A stretch of 37,804 nucleotides of DNA from an uncultured Desulfobulbia bacterium (GTDB taxonomy: Bacteria; Desulfobacterota; Desulfobulbia; Desulfobulbales; VMSU01): contig CAZSOB010000002.1 in NCBI GenBank assembly GCA_964608155.1, forward strand, positions 1 through 37,804, written 5' to 3'. Of this stretch, positions 17,129 to 26,133 are shown piece by piece (within the stretch, counting starts at the first letter, position 1; each line of letters opens with the position of its first letter). Both the position numbers and the translations under genes were made by a program. Below the pieces are notes generated by a model. It made no database searches. It had not been told where the DNA came from and saw only the letters and a program-made list of their open reading frames with translations.

Positions 17129-18166
17129 CTAACCAACCATCAATTCCAGCCCTTCCTCCTCAAAGGTGATGTACGGATCCTGCTCCTGCCTGAAATCCGG
17201 GCTTTTGATCCACGTCGACCATCCTAAGCGGGGGGCTGAGGTCTCCGCCCCCAGAATACAGGGGGGAATCTCCTGCCGCTTCAGCAGCACGCGTACTTCA
17301 AACTCGTATTCAATACCCACCATATAACGCACAAATGAGAAAATAGGCCGCAGCAGATCCCCGCTGGGTAAAAACCGCCGGAACTCATCAAAGCCCATGG
17401 GCCCGAGGTTGACCCGGAATTTGGTTTGGCAGTCCCAGACAAAACTGCCGCACACCGTATCCACCCCGAGTTGGGCGTTTGCCGAGCCTATACAGGTCTG
17501 ATCCTCTAATGACAAGGGAATCATACGCTCGACAAACTGTTCAACGGCGACAGTAGTGCCCGCGTAATATGCCACGGCGGATTCTATGGAAACGGCCGAA
17601 GGCGTCTGCCTGGACAATAGTCCGCTGTAAAATGACAGGGATTCCTCCGGCAGACCAATGCGTCCCCTGAGTCCGGCGGTGCCGAGACCGGCAAGGCTGA
17701 GCAGGTAGCCTGACAACTTGTCTCGGGAGCCGGGCAGATATGTTACCGGGAACTGATGCTTTTTCCAGGCCAGATAAAAAAGAGAAATGAGCCGGTGGTG
17801 AAAGATATCGAAAAAGGCGCTGATACTGAAATCCTTTTTGCGCTTCCGCTCAACAGCCATTTCGTTGTACCAGTGAGGCAAAAGGCCGGAAGAACCAACA
17901 AGCCCCATAAAGGCGATATCCATGCGGCTGGGGCCTTCTTTACCGGCCGGGGAAAAACCGGAAATATCACTTGGAGCAAAGGCCAGCCCCGGAGAAACTG
18001 AAAAACGTACCGCCTCCTGACGAGGATCCTGGGTCTGACCCAGGGGTTTCCTGTCCGGGGAAAGTTTCTCCAGCAGATCCACGGCTTTAAAGAAGGAAAA
18101 GTTGTAAAATTCCTCAATAAGCTGCTGTTCTAAAGGAGCGTGCGGTTGCCGCTTCTCGGTTGCCAC
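17129..18166 (-). CDS. tssG: T6SS baseplate TssG
   Basis: FSFFKAVDLLE, FMGLVGSSGLLP, FFDIFHHRLISLFYLAWKK, RLGWSTW. Confidence 0.95.
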   Translation of the reverse strand: MATEKRQPHAPLEQQLIEEFYNFSFFKAVDLLEKLSPDRKPLGQTQDPRQEAVRFSVSPGLAFAPSDISGFSPAGKEGPSRMDIAFMGLVGSSGLLPHWYNEMAVERKRKKDFSISAFFDIFHHRLISLFYLAWKKHQFPVTYLPGSRDKLSGYLLSLAGLGTAGLRGRIGLPEESLSFYSGLLSRQTPSAVSIESAVAYYAGTTVAVEQFVERMIPLSLEDQTCIGSANAQLGVDTVCGSFVWDCQTKFRVNLGPMGFDEFRRFLPSGDLLRPIFSFVRYMVGIEYEFEVRVLLKRQEIPPCILGAETSAPRLGWSTWIKSPDFRQEQDPYITFEEEGLELMVG

Positions 18167-19935
18167 TCTTTCAATACCTCATCTTTTTGTATGGTTCGCG
18201 CCACCAGCTGGCTGAATGAGTTGACCGATACGTACTGACCCAGAAAACGTTCCAGAATGGAGGCGAAAAGGAAAAGCCCGGTGCCGACGTATTTGTCTTC
18301 ATCAAATTCAATAACCACCTGCACTCCACGCCCCAGGGATCTCCCCATTTTCTTGGTGACATAATGCGATGTCAAACTTGATATACCGCTGATCTGCTGC
18401 CTCGTCGCCGGAGAGTTATCAAAATCATACAGCCTGAGAATTTCCCGCAGCGCTTCCTCACCACCCTGAACAATGGACAGGTAGTTCAGGGACAGATGTG
18501 ATATCAGCCGCCAGTGCAGGCCCCCGCCCGTCGCGGGTCGGCGGGTGGGGGTTGGTTTCATAATACCGCTCACCTTGGTTATAGGCGCGGCAATTTCAAG
18601 ATTAAAATCTCCTCCAGGGGCGCCAAAGGGAAGCCTGGAGGGCAGATCCCTGTTCGTACAGGTGGTATGAAGCAGCAGAATCTCCACTCCCGGATCAGTT
18701 GGTTTAAAGTCCAGGTCGGCAAAGGAAAGAAAGACATCCGTACCGCTGTCGCCCTTTTTGCCGGACTGCCGCCGCTGAATGTGCCAATAGGCCTGTCTGC
18801 CGCGCGCCCCATCTTCATTCAAATGATGACGCATGGAATAAAAAGGTTTGTATTCATAACTCTCTCCGGGTACCGCGGTTGATGAAGCCGTCACCCGGTC
18901 AATACTGTAGATCTCGGTGCTGTCCCGCTTTCTGAGATCAGGCACCACCTGGTATTCTGTCTGGCGCTGTTCCACCCGGATTGGTTCGGCGGTTTTTGCA
19001 AACAAATTGACTGCCGGGGCCGCGTTGAGGCAAAAGGAATCTTTGTTTACCACGAGATTACTCTTGGCAGCCCGGTTCAGGTAAATCCAGATATCCAGCG
19101 TGTCGCCTATATGGGTACTTTTCAGCCGGTCGAGTCCCAGAAGATCAAAAAAGAGAAAGCGCTCAGGGAAACAAAAATACTCGAAAAGCAGGCGGTAACC
19201 GGGAAACGAGCGCTTAGAAAAGGGTAAAACCCCTTCCTCATCGTCAAAACCAACGGGGCCGATGGCCGAGGGCGCCAGGGTAATTCCCGCGGAGGCGTCC
19301 CGGCTGCCGGCGGCTTCGCAGGTAATGTGGCAGACATTATTGAACAGCAGCTCATACAGATGAAAAACATGCTGATGCTGGCCATGCAGGAAAAAACGCA
19401 GACTCTGCCAGTTGAGCTTGGCAAAGGGGATATTGTTGGCCGTTTTCAGGCGCAGATGGATGGCCTGTTGAGCATTCTTGGTCAATACCCGCGGCTCTTT
19501 AAGACCGGCCTCAACAACCTGCACCGGCCAGATATTCACGGGCTGGCAGGTGGTAAACTGGCAGGGAGTACCGTTAACGGGCTTGGAGTAAAGTTTTGTG
19601 CCACGCTCAAGCAGATAACCGGCCTCGGAAATATTCTGCATGATCGGCTCAAACCTGACAATGGTAAGCGACGGAATCGGATTATTGTAATGCGGATAAA
19701 TAACATTAAATAATGACTCCGTAATTGCCGGGAAATCGTCGTCTATTTTTTTATGAATACGGCCGCTGATAAAGGCAAAGGCCTCAATCAGCCGTTCCGT
19801 ATGGGGGTCGGCGGATTTATCCTGCTCCAGCAGTAGACGCCCGGCAATTTTAGGGTATTTCCCGGCAAACTCAGCCCCCATCTGCCGAATATAGCTCAGT
19901 TCCTGTTCGTAATAATTCAGCAGCGCGTCATCCAT
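18130..19935 (-). CDS. tssF: T6SS baseplate TssF
   Basis: YYEQELSYIRQMGAEFA..YPKIAGRL, DPHTERLIEAFA, GYRLLFEYFCFPERFLF, WRLISHLSLNY, YVSVNSFSQL. Confidence 0.97.
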   Translation of the reverse strand: MDDALLNYYEQELSYIRQMGAEFAGKYPKIAGRLLLEQDKSADPHTERLIEAFAFISGRIHKKIDDDFPAITESLFNVIYPHYNNPIPSLTIVRFEPIMQNISEAGYLLERGTKLYSKPVNGTPCQFTTCQPVNIWPVQVVEAGLKEPRVLTKNAQQAIHLRLKTANNIPFAKLNWQSLRFFLHGQHQHVFHLYELLFNNVCHITCEAAGSRDASAGITLAPSAIGPVGFDDEEGVLPFSKRSFPGYRLLFEYFCFPERFLFFDLLGLDRLKSTHIGDTLDIWIYLNRAAKSNLVVNKDSFCLNAAPAVNLFAKTAEPIRVEQRQTEYQVVPDLRKRDSTEIYSIDRVTASSTAVPGESYEYKPFYSMRHHLNEDGARGRQAYWHIQRRQSGKKGDSGTDVFLSFADLDFKPTDPGVEILLLHTTCTNRDLPSRLPFGAPGGDFNLEIAAPITKVSGIMKPTPTRRPATGGGLHWRLISHLSLNYLSIVQGGEEALREILRLYDFDNSPATRQQISGISSLTSHYVTKKMGRSLGRGVQVVIEFDEDKYVGTGLFLFASILERFLGQYVSVNSFSQLVARTIQKDEVLKEWQPRSGNRTLL

Positions 19936-19938
19936 TGG

Positions 19939-20409
19939 CTATTTTGTAATTGAGTAGTTACTTCTGTTTAAATCATAATTCGTGTCAAAAAACACCGGTT
20001 CGGAGATGGGATCCACCATCAGAACCCCACTGATTCTAAATTTTAGTTTCCGGCCGCCGGTGGCGGGAGAATCAAGGTGAACTGTGATATTCCTCAGCCT
20101 GGGCTCATACCGTGCTATGGTTTTCTCAATTTCCAGGCGCAACTGCGAGCGCACTGACACATTCCCCTGGTTTTTACTGGTAAAATCAGGAAGTCCATAC
20201 ACAAAAAGGGATTTATTCACCTCCTGGTATGAAACGGAAGGTACCAGAATATTGCGCCTCGTATTAAGGAGGTTTTCAAGATCTCTGGCAACAGCGTCAA
20301 TGATTTGCCGGGCGGAAAAACCATCCTGGACCGGCTCACGGGTAACATCCGGCTCCCGATCTATAAGCCTGTCCAGGATCGACGCCTGCACGCTTTGGCT
20401 GTTTTTCAT
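19939..20409 (-). CDS. tssE: T6SS baseplate TssE (gp25-like)
   Basis: SILDRLID, RDLENLLNTR, YGLPD, IARYEPRL. Confidence 0.95.
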   Translation of the reverse strand: MKNSQSVQASILDRLIDREPDVTREPVQDGFSARQIIDAVARDLENLLNTRRNILVPSVSYQEVNKSLFVYGLPDFTSKNQGNVSVRSQLRLEIEKTIARYEPRLRNITVHLDSPATGGRKLKFRISGVLMVDPISEPVFFDTNYDLNRSNYSITK

Positions 20410-20426
20410 CTTAACGGCAAAAAAAG

Positions 20427-20915
20427 TTAGAATGGTTTATTGGCTTCAAGATTCCAGCCCGCCGGTACATTGCCGCCGCCGCTGCCATCAGCGCGCTTTT
20501 GTTTGATGTAATTCAATTTTATTTTGCCATAATTGAAGCTAACGGATTCAGTCGGCTCTCCACCACCACCACCGCCGACGCTCACGGAACTGATAATGAC
20601 ATTATTCAAGGTATATTCCATATATATCAGCTTATCTCCACCGGCCCGGCATAGTTCAAGTTTCACCTCTTTAATATGATCACCCTTGGCGCAGGCCTTA
20701 AACAGCAGCGGGGTGGCACTGTCCAGCAATTTCACAATGCTCAGATCCTGGAGATCGGCACGCTGGGTCGTGCCGCCTCCGGAAGAACTGGCCGAGGAAG
20801 AGGCCATCTGGGAGACCCCCCAGTTGTAAGAAAGAACCTCTATCCACCCCTTGTGCTTGTCATCCGTGCTCTCACCGTCAATCCCGTCAATTTTCAAAAA
20901 ATCATCAGCTGGCAT
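20427..20915 (-). CDS. hcp: T6SS tube protein Hcp
   Basis: FLKIDGIDGESTDDKHKGWIEVLSYNWG, DSATPLL, ESVSFNYGKI, GWNL. Confidence 0.97.
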   Translation of the reverse strand: MPADDFLKIDGIDGESTDDKHKGWIEVLSYNWGVSQMASSSASSSGGGTTQRADLQDLSIVKLLDSATPLLFKACAKGDHIKEVKLELCRAGGDKLIYMEYTLNNVIISSVSVGGGGGGEPTESVSFNYGKIKLNYIKQKRADGSGGGNVPAGWNLEANKPF

Positions 20916-20949
20916 AATTGTATCTCCTTTTTTAATTTTTTATTAATTT

Positions 20950-20994
20950 GTAACTATTCCGCGCAATGCCCGTAATGAGCAATAACAGCTAATT
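20950..20994. repeat. Degenerate solitary MITE tail
   Basis: GTAACTATTCCGCGCAATGCCCGTAATGAGCAATAACAGCTAATT matches 12413-12457 at about 36/45 positions. Confidence 0.6.
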
Positions 20995-22490
20995 TACCCC
21001 TGCGCCGGCGGCGGCAGATCGGCAACGAGGCGCAGCGAAACGCTCAGTTCATCCAACTGAAAATGAGGTTTAAGAAAACTCACCGCCCGATACGCCCCTG
21101 GTTTTCCAGGAACCTCACTGACATCGATACGAGCCTCCCGCAGGGGATACTTCGCCTTCATTTCCTGGCTGGCATTGTCATCAAGCAGCACATAATTGCT
21201 GATCCAGTTGTTGAGAAAATCCTCGGCATTTTTGCGGGTCATGAAGCTGCCGATCTTATCGCGCATCATGGATTTCAGGTAATGGGCAAATCGTGAGACC
21301 GCCAGGATGTACTGGAGCTGCGAGGACAGCCGGGCATTGGCGTTGGCGGAATCCGAATCATAGACTTTAGGCTTATTGCCCGTCTGGGTACTGAAAAAAG
21401 CGGCATAATCAGTTCCCTTACAATGCACCAGCGGTACAAAGCCAAGGTCGGCAAGTTCCTTTTCCCGCCGGTCGGTAATGGCAATCTCGGTGGGACATTT
21501 GAGAGCCACATCCCCCTCATCCGTCCTGAAGGTATGAACCGGCAGGCCCTGCACCAGACCACCGCCCTCCACGCCGCGGATGGAGGCACACCAGTGGTAT
21601 TTGGCAAAGGCCTCGGTCAGCCGGGTGCCTAACGCCCAGGCGGCATTGCCCCACAGGTACTTCTTGTGATCGGTGCCGTCCACCTGTTCTTCAAAATTAA
21701 AGGCCTCCACCGGCACATTGTCCTGACCATAAGGCAGACGCATGAGAATATGGGGCATGGCCAGGGCCACATAACGTGAATCATCGGATTCCCGGAATGA
21801 TTTCCACTTGGCGTACTCCACACTCTGGAATATTTTAGACATATCCCTGGGCTCGCCCAATTCGGTAAAGCTGTCTAAATTAAAGAGCTCCGGGCCGGCC
21901 GCGGAGATAAAAGGGGCATGGGCAGCGGCTGCCACCTGTGAAATCTTCTCCAGCAGGGCCAGATCCTGGGGATGATTGGTAAATTCATAATCACCGATCA
22001 AAGCGCCGTAGGAGGCACCGCCGAACATCCCGAACTCTTCCTCATATATCTTTTTGAACAAGGCCGACTGATCAAACTCAGAGGCCTTTTCCATGTCCTT
22101 TAGCAGATCCTTTTTATTGACATTCATGACCCGGATTTTAAGTTTTTCACCGGTCTCAGTCTGATCGATCAGGTACTGTAATCCGCGCCAGGAGGCTTCA
22201 AGTTTCTGAAACTCTTCATTATGCATGACTTCATTGAGCTGATCGGAAATCAACTTGTCAATGGCGCTGATTCTCTCATTGATCATGGCTTCGGTATTCT
22301 TGGAAACCGTAATCTCCCCTTCCATAATCTGAGAGACAAACTCGCCGACAACATCTTTTGCCCAATCCCGCTGGGCCTCATCACGGACAAGGCGTCCATC
22401 ATCAATTATTTGATCCAGGAGGCTTTTTTCTTCCTGTTCTGCCGCGGCCGGTGCCGCTTCCGGCTGGGCCTGTTGTTCATTGTCTGCCAT
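20994..22490 (-). CDS. tssC: T6SS sheath large subunit TssC
   Basis: FQKLEASWRGL, FDQSALFKKIYEEEFG, AAAAHAPFI, KCPTEIAITDRRE, SRFAHYLK, KPHFQL. Confidence 0.98.
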   Translation of the reverse strand: MADNEQQAQPEAAPAAAEQEEKSLLDQIIDDGRLVRDEAQRDWAKDVVGEFVSQIMEGEITVSKNTEAMINERISAIDKLISDQLNEVMHNEEFQKLEASWRGLQYLIDQTETGEKLKIRVMNVNKKDLLKDMEKASEFDQSALFKKIYEEEFGMFGGASYGALIGDYEFTNHPQDLALLEKISQVAAAAHAPFISAAGPELFNLDSFTELGEPRDMSKIFQSVEYAKWKSFRESDDSRYVALAMPHILMRLPYGQDNVPVEAFNFEEQVDGTDHKKYLWGNAAWALGTRLTEAFAKYHWCASIRGVEGGGLVQGLPVHTFRTDEGDVALKCPTEIAITDRREKELADLGFVPLVHCKGTDYAAFFSTQTGNKPKVYDSDSANANARLSSQLQYILAVSRFAHYLKSMMRDKIGSFMTRKNAEDFLNNWISNYVLLDDNASQEMKAKYPLREARIDVSEVPGKPGAYRAVSFLKPHFQLDELSVSLRLVADLPPPAQG

Positions 22491-22504
22491 CTGATCTTCC
22501 TCCC

Positions 22505-23032
22505 TTATTCTTTATTGATTTCATCTTCATTTTTCTCAACGCCGGCTTCCTTGCCTAACTTTTCCAGGGAATCGGTACTGGCCACAACCTCCTGGAGCAG
22601 TTCGTCTAACTTGTCGTTGCCGTCCAGCTTGTTGAGCAGTTCAGAAAGCCTTTTTCTCCCTTCAACAAGCTTACGCACCGGCCCGACCTGTTCCGCGACC
22701 CGCTCCGGATGAAAATCATCCATGGACTTAAATCGGAGTTCAACCGCCATCTTGCTGTCATCATCGCTGAGCTTATTGTCCACCCGAAAGGCCAGCCGCG
22801 GCTTCATCCCGGCCAGCACGTTATTAAAATTATCACGGTCGATTTCTATGAATTTTCTCTCCTTCAGCTTGGGCAGCGGCTCATCAGGCTTCCCGGATAG
22901 ATCGGCCAGCACACCGACCACAAAGGGGATTTCCTTCATCTCAATAGCCTCCCCCACCTCCACGTCATAAGTGATCTGCACCCTGGGAGCCCGTACCCGG
23001 TCAAGGGTATGCTGCAAACTTTCTTTAGCCAT
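22505..23032 (-). CDS. tssB: T6SS sheath small subunit TssB
   Basis: RVRAPRVQITYDVE, EIPFVVGVLADLSG, IDRDNF, SMDDFHPE. Confidence 0.98.
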   Translation of the reverse strand: MAKESLQHTLDRVRAPRVQITYDVEVGEAIEMKEIPFVVGVLADLSGKPDEPLPKLKERKFIEIDRDNFNNVLAGMKPRLAFRVDNKLSDDDSKMAVELRFKSMDDFHPERVAEQVGPVRKLVEGRKRLSELLNKLDGNDKLDELLQEVVASTDSLEKLGKEAGVEKNEDEINKE

Positions 23033-23113
23033 ATTATTCCTCCTTTTTTATTATATTCTCAATTTTCTGACTTGTTATTTTATTAACGATTTCCGGCAAC
23101 TATTCAGCAGCTT

Positions 23114-24478
23114 TCATCCACCCATATGCCCCATTGCCTTTGTGATATCCAACGTACAGAGCCGCATTAACAGCTCCTTGGATCTGTAGATGTCATCATC
23201 AGGAGCGCCCTCATAGGCAAGACACTGAATAAGGGTGTCTAATACTTCCGCTATCCAGATAGGCGATTCCCAGCGGCTCAACTGCAGCTCCTCCATCAGG
23301 GCATTGAGTTTTTCGGCGATGGGCCTGGCCAGATCGTGCCGGCCGGCCTTTAAACACAGTTTTGCCATAAGGAGGCTGAAATTCGTCTCTTCCCGTATAG
23401 ACTGGGCACTACAGGAGGCGCCCAACAGCTGCTCCAGCGCCGGTTTGATGCCTGCCGACTTAAGCTTTGCCAGGGCATCCTGCCAGACCGCTTCTTCAAT
23501 CCCGGCTGAACCGAGTAAACGGTTGACCCGATAGGAGGCGGCGGCAGCTGAACCGCCCGTAAACGGGGACTGCCCGGCAGCTGACGCGGCCCGCGGCGTT
23601 TCCGCCGCGCTAACCTCCGCGGCGGGAAGCGCTTCCTGTGCCTCTTCCTCTACATCTTCGGGGGCGGCATCAGGCTCCTGCGCCCTCTTTTCCTTAAGCA
23701 GCCTTGAGATGAGATGCCGGCAGTCTTCCAGGGCGGTTTTGAGTTCCGCCAGGCGCGGGGCCTCCCGGCCAAACTTTTCATCCACGATTTCGTCAAACCG
23801 TTTGAATTCTTCGAGACAGGCGGAGACGTCTTCAGCAAGCGCTTCATAAAAGGCCTTGGATGAACCACCCACCGCCGCGTCGAAATCTTCTGCCGGCAGT
23901 TTCCCCTCGGCAATCAACTCCTCCCTGGACTGCTGTTTGTCACTATCAACATCACCATACTGGTTCCGCGTATCCTTCTCCAGGCCGACCTGGCGGGATT
24001 CCTGCCATTTCATCCAGGAATATCCGGGTGTTGTCGCACTGCTGGTGACAGGAATCTCCTTGATGGGCAGCCACAGCTTGTCGTTTAAAAACTCCAGAGG
24101 GCCTATCCGGTAATCGAGATCATCATCCTCAATTTCAGGATAAACATGCTCCCAGAAATCCCGCAGGAAGCCGGTAATGATCTTAAATCCCAGGCTTACT
24201 CCGGCAAAGCCTTCGGTAACGACCAGGGATTCAAAGAGCCAGGCGGCTATCTGCAGATCCTTAGTCTTTTCAGTCAGCGTGTCCACGGCAAGGGAGAAGA
24301 CCTTGTCCCAGTCCGCGGTCTTCACTTCATGCTGCCAATCGCCCTGATCCAAAACATCATCCGCCCGTCTTGCCTCCTGGATCTCGTCATAAACTGGATT
24401 ATAGCGGAGATTTTCCCCGGCTGGATTATCTCCGGGGATTGGGGCCAGAATTGCCTCTAAATCAATTGTTTTCTTCAT
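23114..24478 (-). CDS. tssA: T6SS TssA (ImpA N-terminal domain)
   Basis: LAPIPGDNPAGENLRY, ADW, KTKDLQIAAWL, FWEHVYP; C-terminal helical domain with WESP. Confidence 0.93.
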   Translation of the reverse strand: MKKTIDLEAILAPIPGDNPAGENLRYNPVYDEIQEARRADDVLDQGDWQHEVKTADWDKVFSLAVDTLTEKTKDLQIAAWLFESLVVTEGFAGVSLGFKIITGFLRDFWEHVYPEIEDDDLDYRIGPLEFLNDKLWLPIKEIPVTSSATTPGYSWMKWQESRQVGLEKDTRNQYGDVDSDKQQSREELIAEGKLPAEDFDAAVGGSSKAFYEALAEDVSACLEEFKRFDEIVDEKFGREAPRLAELKTALEDCRHLISRLLKEKRAQEPDAAPEDVEEEAQEALPAAEVSAAETPRAASAAGQSPFTGGSAAAASYRVNRLLGSAGIEEAVWQDALAKLKSAGIKPALEQLLGASCSAQSIREETNFSLLMAKLCLKAGRHDLARPIAEKLNALMEELQLSRWESPIWIAEVLDTLIQCLAYEGAPDDDIYRSKELLMRLCTLDITKAMGHMGG

Positions 24479-25283
24479 TGCTTATTCCGTTACCTGGAAA
24501 ATCAAATTCAACTTTACGAATATCTAAAATGGAGACATCCTCCCCGCCGATCTCAAAGACATGTTGGCCGACCCCTCTGGCACAGGGGCCTCCAAGAGAA
24601 ATCCAGTCCGTCATCCGGCCCAGCCTGATACGTTCATCCTTTTCAAGGAATGTATTCGGATACAAGGCCGGCAGAAAACAGTTCATGGTAAGCCCTGCCC
24701 AGGTGGTCAGGCTGGCCGGTATCCACAACAGGTCAAGAAATGTTTGCGGCGGCTGGATGGAAAGCTCGCGCAGGGCTTCAAATGGCACCCAGACATACCG
24801 CTCGTGGGCAAACACCTCGAGAAAGGGCAAAAACAGGGTGTCGGTTTCACGAAAGCCAACAAAGGAGGTATCGATAATCCTGCCGGAAATGGGCGGTAAG
24901 ACAGCATCAAGCTGAGCCAAGAGTTCCTGTGCCGCATCGAATTTTTTGTGGTTAACTGCCTCCCTGGCAGTATAATACAATTCCATATAGGCCGGAGGCT
25001 CGCCAAGAAAGGCGGCATGACAACCGCCCTCTGCGGCCTTGCAGCGCTCCTGTTCAGCCTGGATCAATTTTTTGCAGACCGACACCCCGGCGGCCCGGCT
25101 GGGATCCTGAGTGACAATTGCCTCAAGGTGACGATTGGCCTTCTCCCATTCACCGCAATAGCAAAGCACCTGAAAAAAAAGGGTACGGCTGGTTAGATCA
25201 GCTGGCGAATTTTTCAAGGCCGCAACGAGCTGCTGCCGCGTTGCATCGAGTTTTCCATTTTTAATAAGCTCTTTGATATTCAC
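24462..25283 (-). CDS. tagJ: ImpE/SciE (TagJ) family T6SS accessory protein
   Basis: R.LFFQVLCYCGEWEKA, YVWVPF, DLLWIPA, PALYP, RLGRMTDW, GVGQH. GTG start with GGGAGG RBS. Confidence 0.88.
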   Translation of the reverse strand: MNIKELIKNGKLDATRQQLVAALKNSPADLTSRTLFFQVLCYCGEWEKANRHLEAIVTQDPSRAAGVSVCKKLIQAEQERCKAAEGGCHAAFLGEPPAYMELYYTAREAVNHKKFDAAQELLAQLDAVLPPISGRIIDTSFVGFRETDTLFLPFLEVFAHERYVWVPFEALRELSIQPPQTFLDLLWIPASLTTWAGLTMNCFLPALYPNTFLEKDERIRLGRMTDWISLGGPCARGVGQHVFEIGGEDVSILDIRKVEFDFPGNGISNEENN

Positions 25284-25389
25284 AGGCCGAGCTGCCCTCC
25301 CTTGATATGCAAATCGAAAAGATCCGTAAATTTTGCGGAGTGAATTCTCCCCGCCATTTCATAGCCGAACTGCTTGGCCACATACAACT

Positions 25390-26133
25390 TTATAGACATT
25401 GAGGCACCCACATACGTTTAAAATCATGAATATTCAGCGGTCTTTTGAACAGCGCCAACGCGGGCTGCTCAAGCGGCCCGCCTAAAAAGCCAGCATTGGG
25501 TACCTCGCTAATCCTCTCCTTAAATAACAAATGCAAATAGCTGATAACCTCAAAAAGATCGGCGCTGTTACCGTTAGCGAGCGGCAGAAATATAGCCTGC
25601 TCCGCCTCGAATGAACGAAGATGCTCCGCAACAAATTCACACAGTTTTTGCTTATCTTCAGGAATAACCTTAGCAGGGGTTATTCCCTGCCATGATGGCC
25701 GGGGCGGCCGCAGTGTCGTCAAATCCGCCTCAAGGCGTTTAAGTGTATTGTAGTTTCTGGCCGTTAGCTGCTCCATCTGCCCCCAGAGCCCCTCACAGGT
25801 AACAGGCAGAAGCTCCCAGTTATCTTCCCAGTCGTTCAGCGAACCGCTTCCCATTAAAAGGAGAGGATAGAGCCGTCCAACAGAGTCACAGCTGTTTCTT
25901 ACCAGGCCGCAGGTAATAATCCCTCTCTTCGGAGTCTGGAACCAAAAGCGCCAGGAGCAGGAAGCGCTGAGACGCTCTTTCGAGCCAGCCAGTTGTTCTG
26001 CTCCCCGGCGTATCCAATTAGCCAGGGCTTCAGTCATCGGAGTTTGTTTACCTACGGTAAAAAAATCACGTGCCGCCGGATGCTTACCAGCAATAAGCCA
26101 TTGCCAGGCGGCACTTTTACCTACTCCCAGCAT
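25390..26133 (-). CDS. tagF: T6SS-associated TagF
   Basis: GKHPAARDF, WRFW, SCDSVGRLYPL; directly after tssM. Confidence 0.88.
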   Translation of the reverse strand: MLGVGKSAAWQWLIAGKHPAARDFFTVGKQTPMTEALANWIRRGAEQLAGSKERLSASCSWRFWFQTPKRGIITCGLVRNSCDSVGRLYPLLLMGSGSLNDWEDNWELLPVTCEGLWGQMEQLTARNYNTLKRLEADLTTLRPPRPSWQGITPAKVIPEDKQKLCEFVAEHLRSFEAEQAIFLPLANGNSADLFEVISYLHLLFKERISEVPNAGFLGGPLEQPALALFKRPLNIHDFKRMWVPQCL

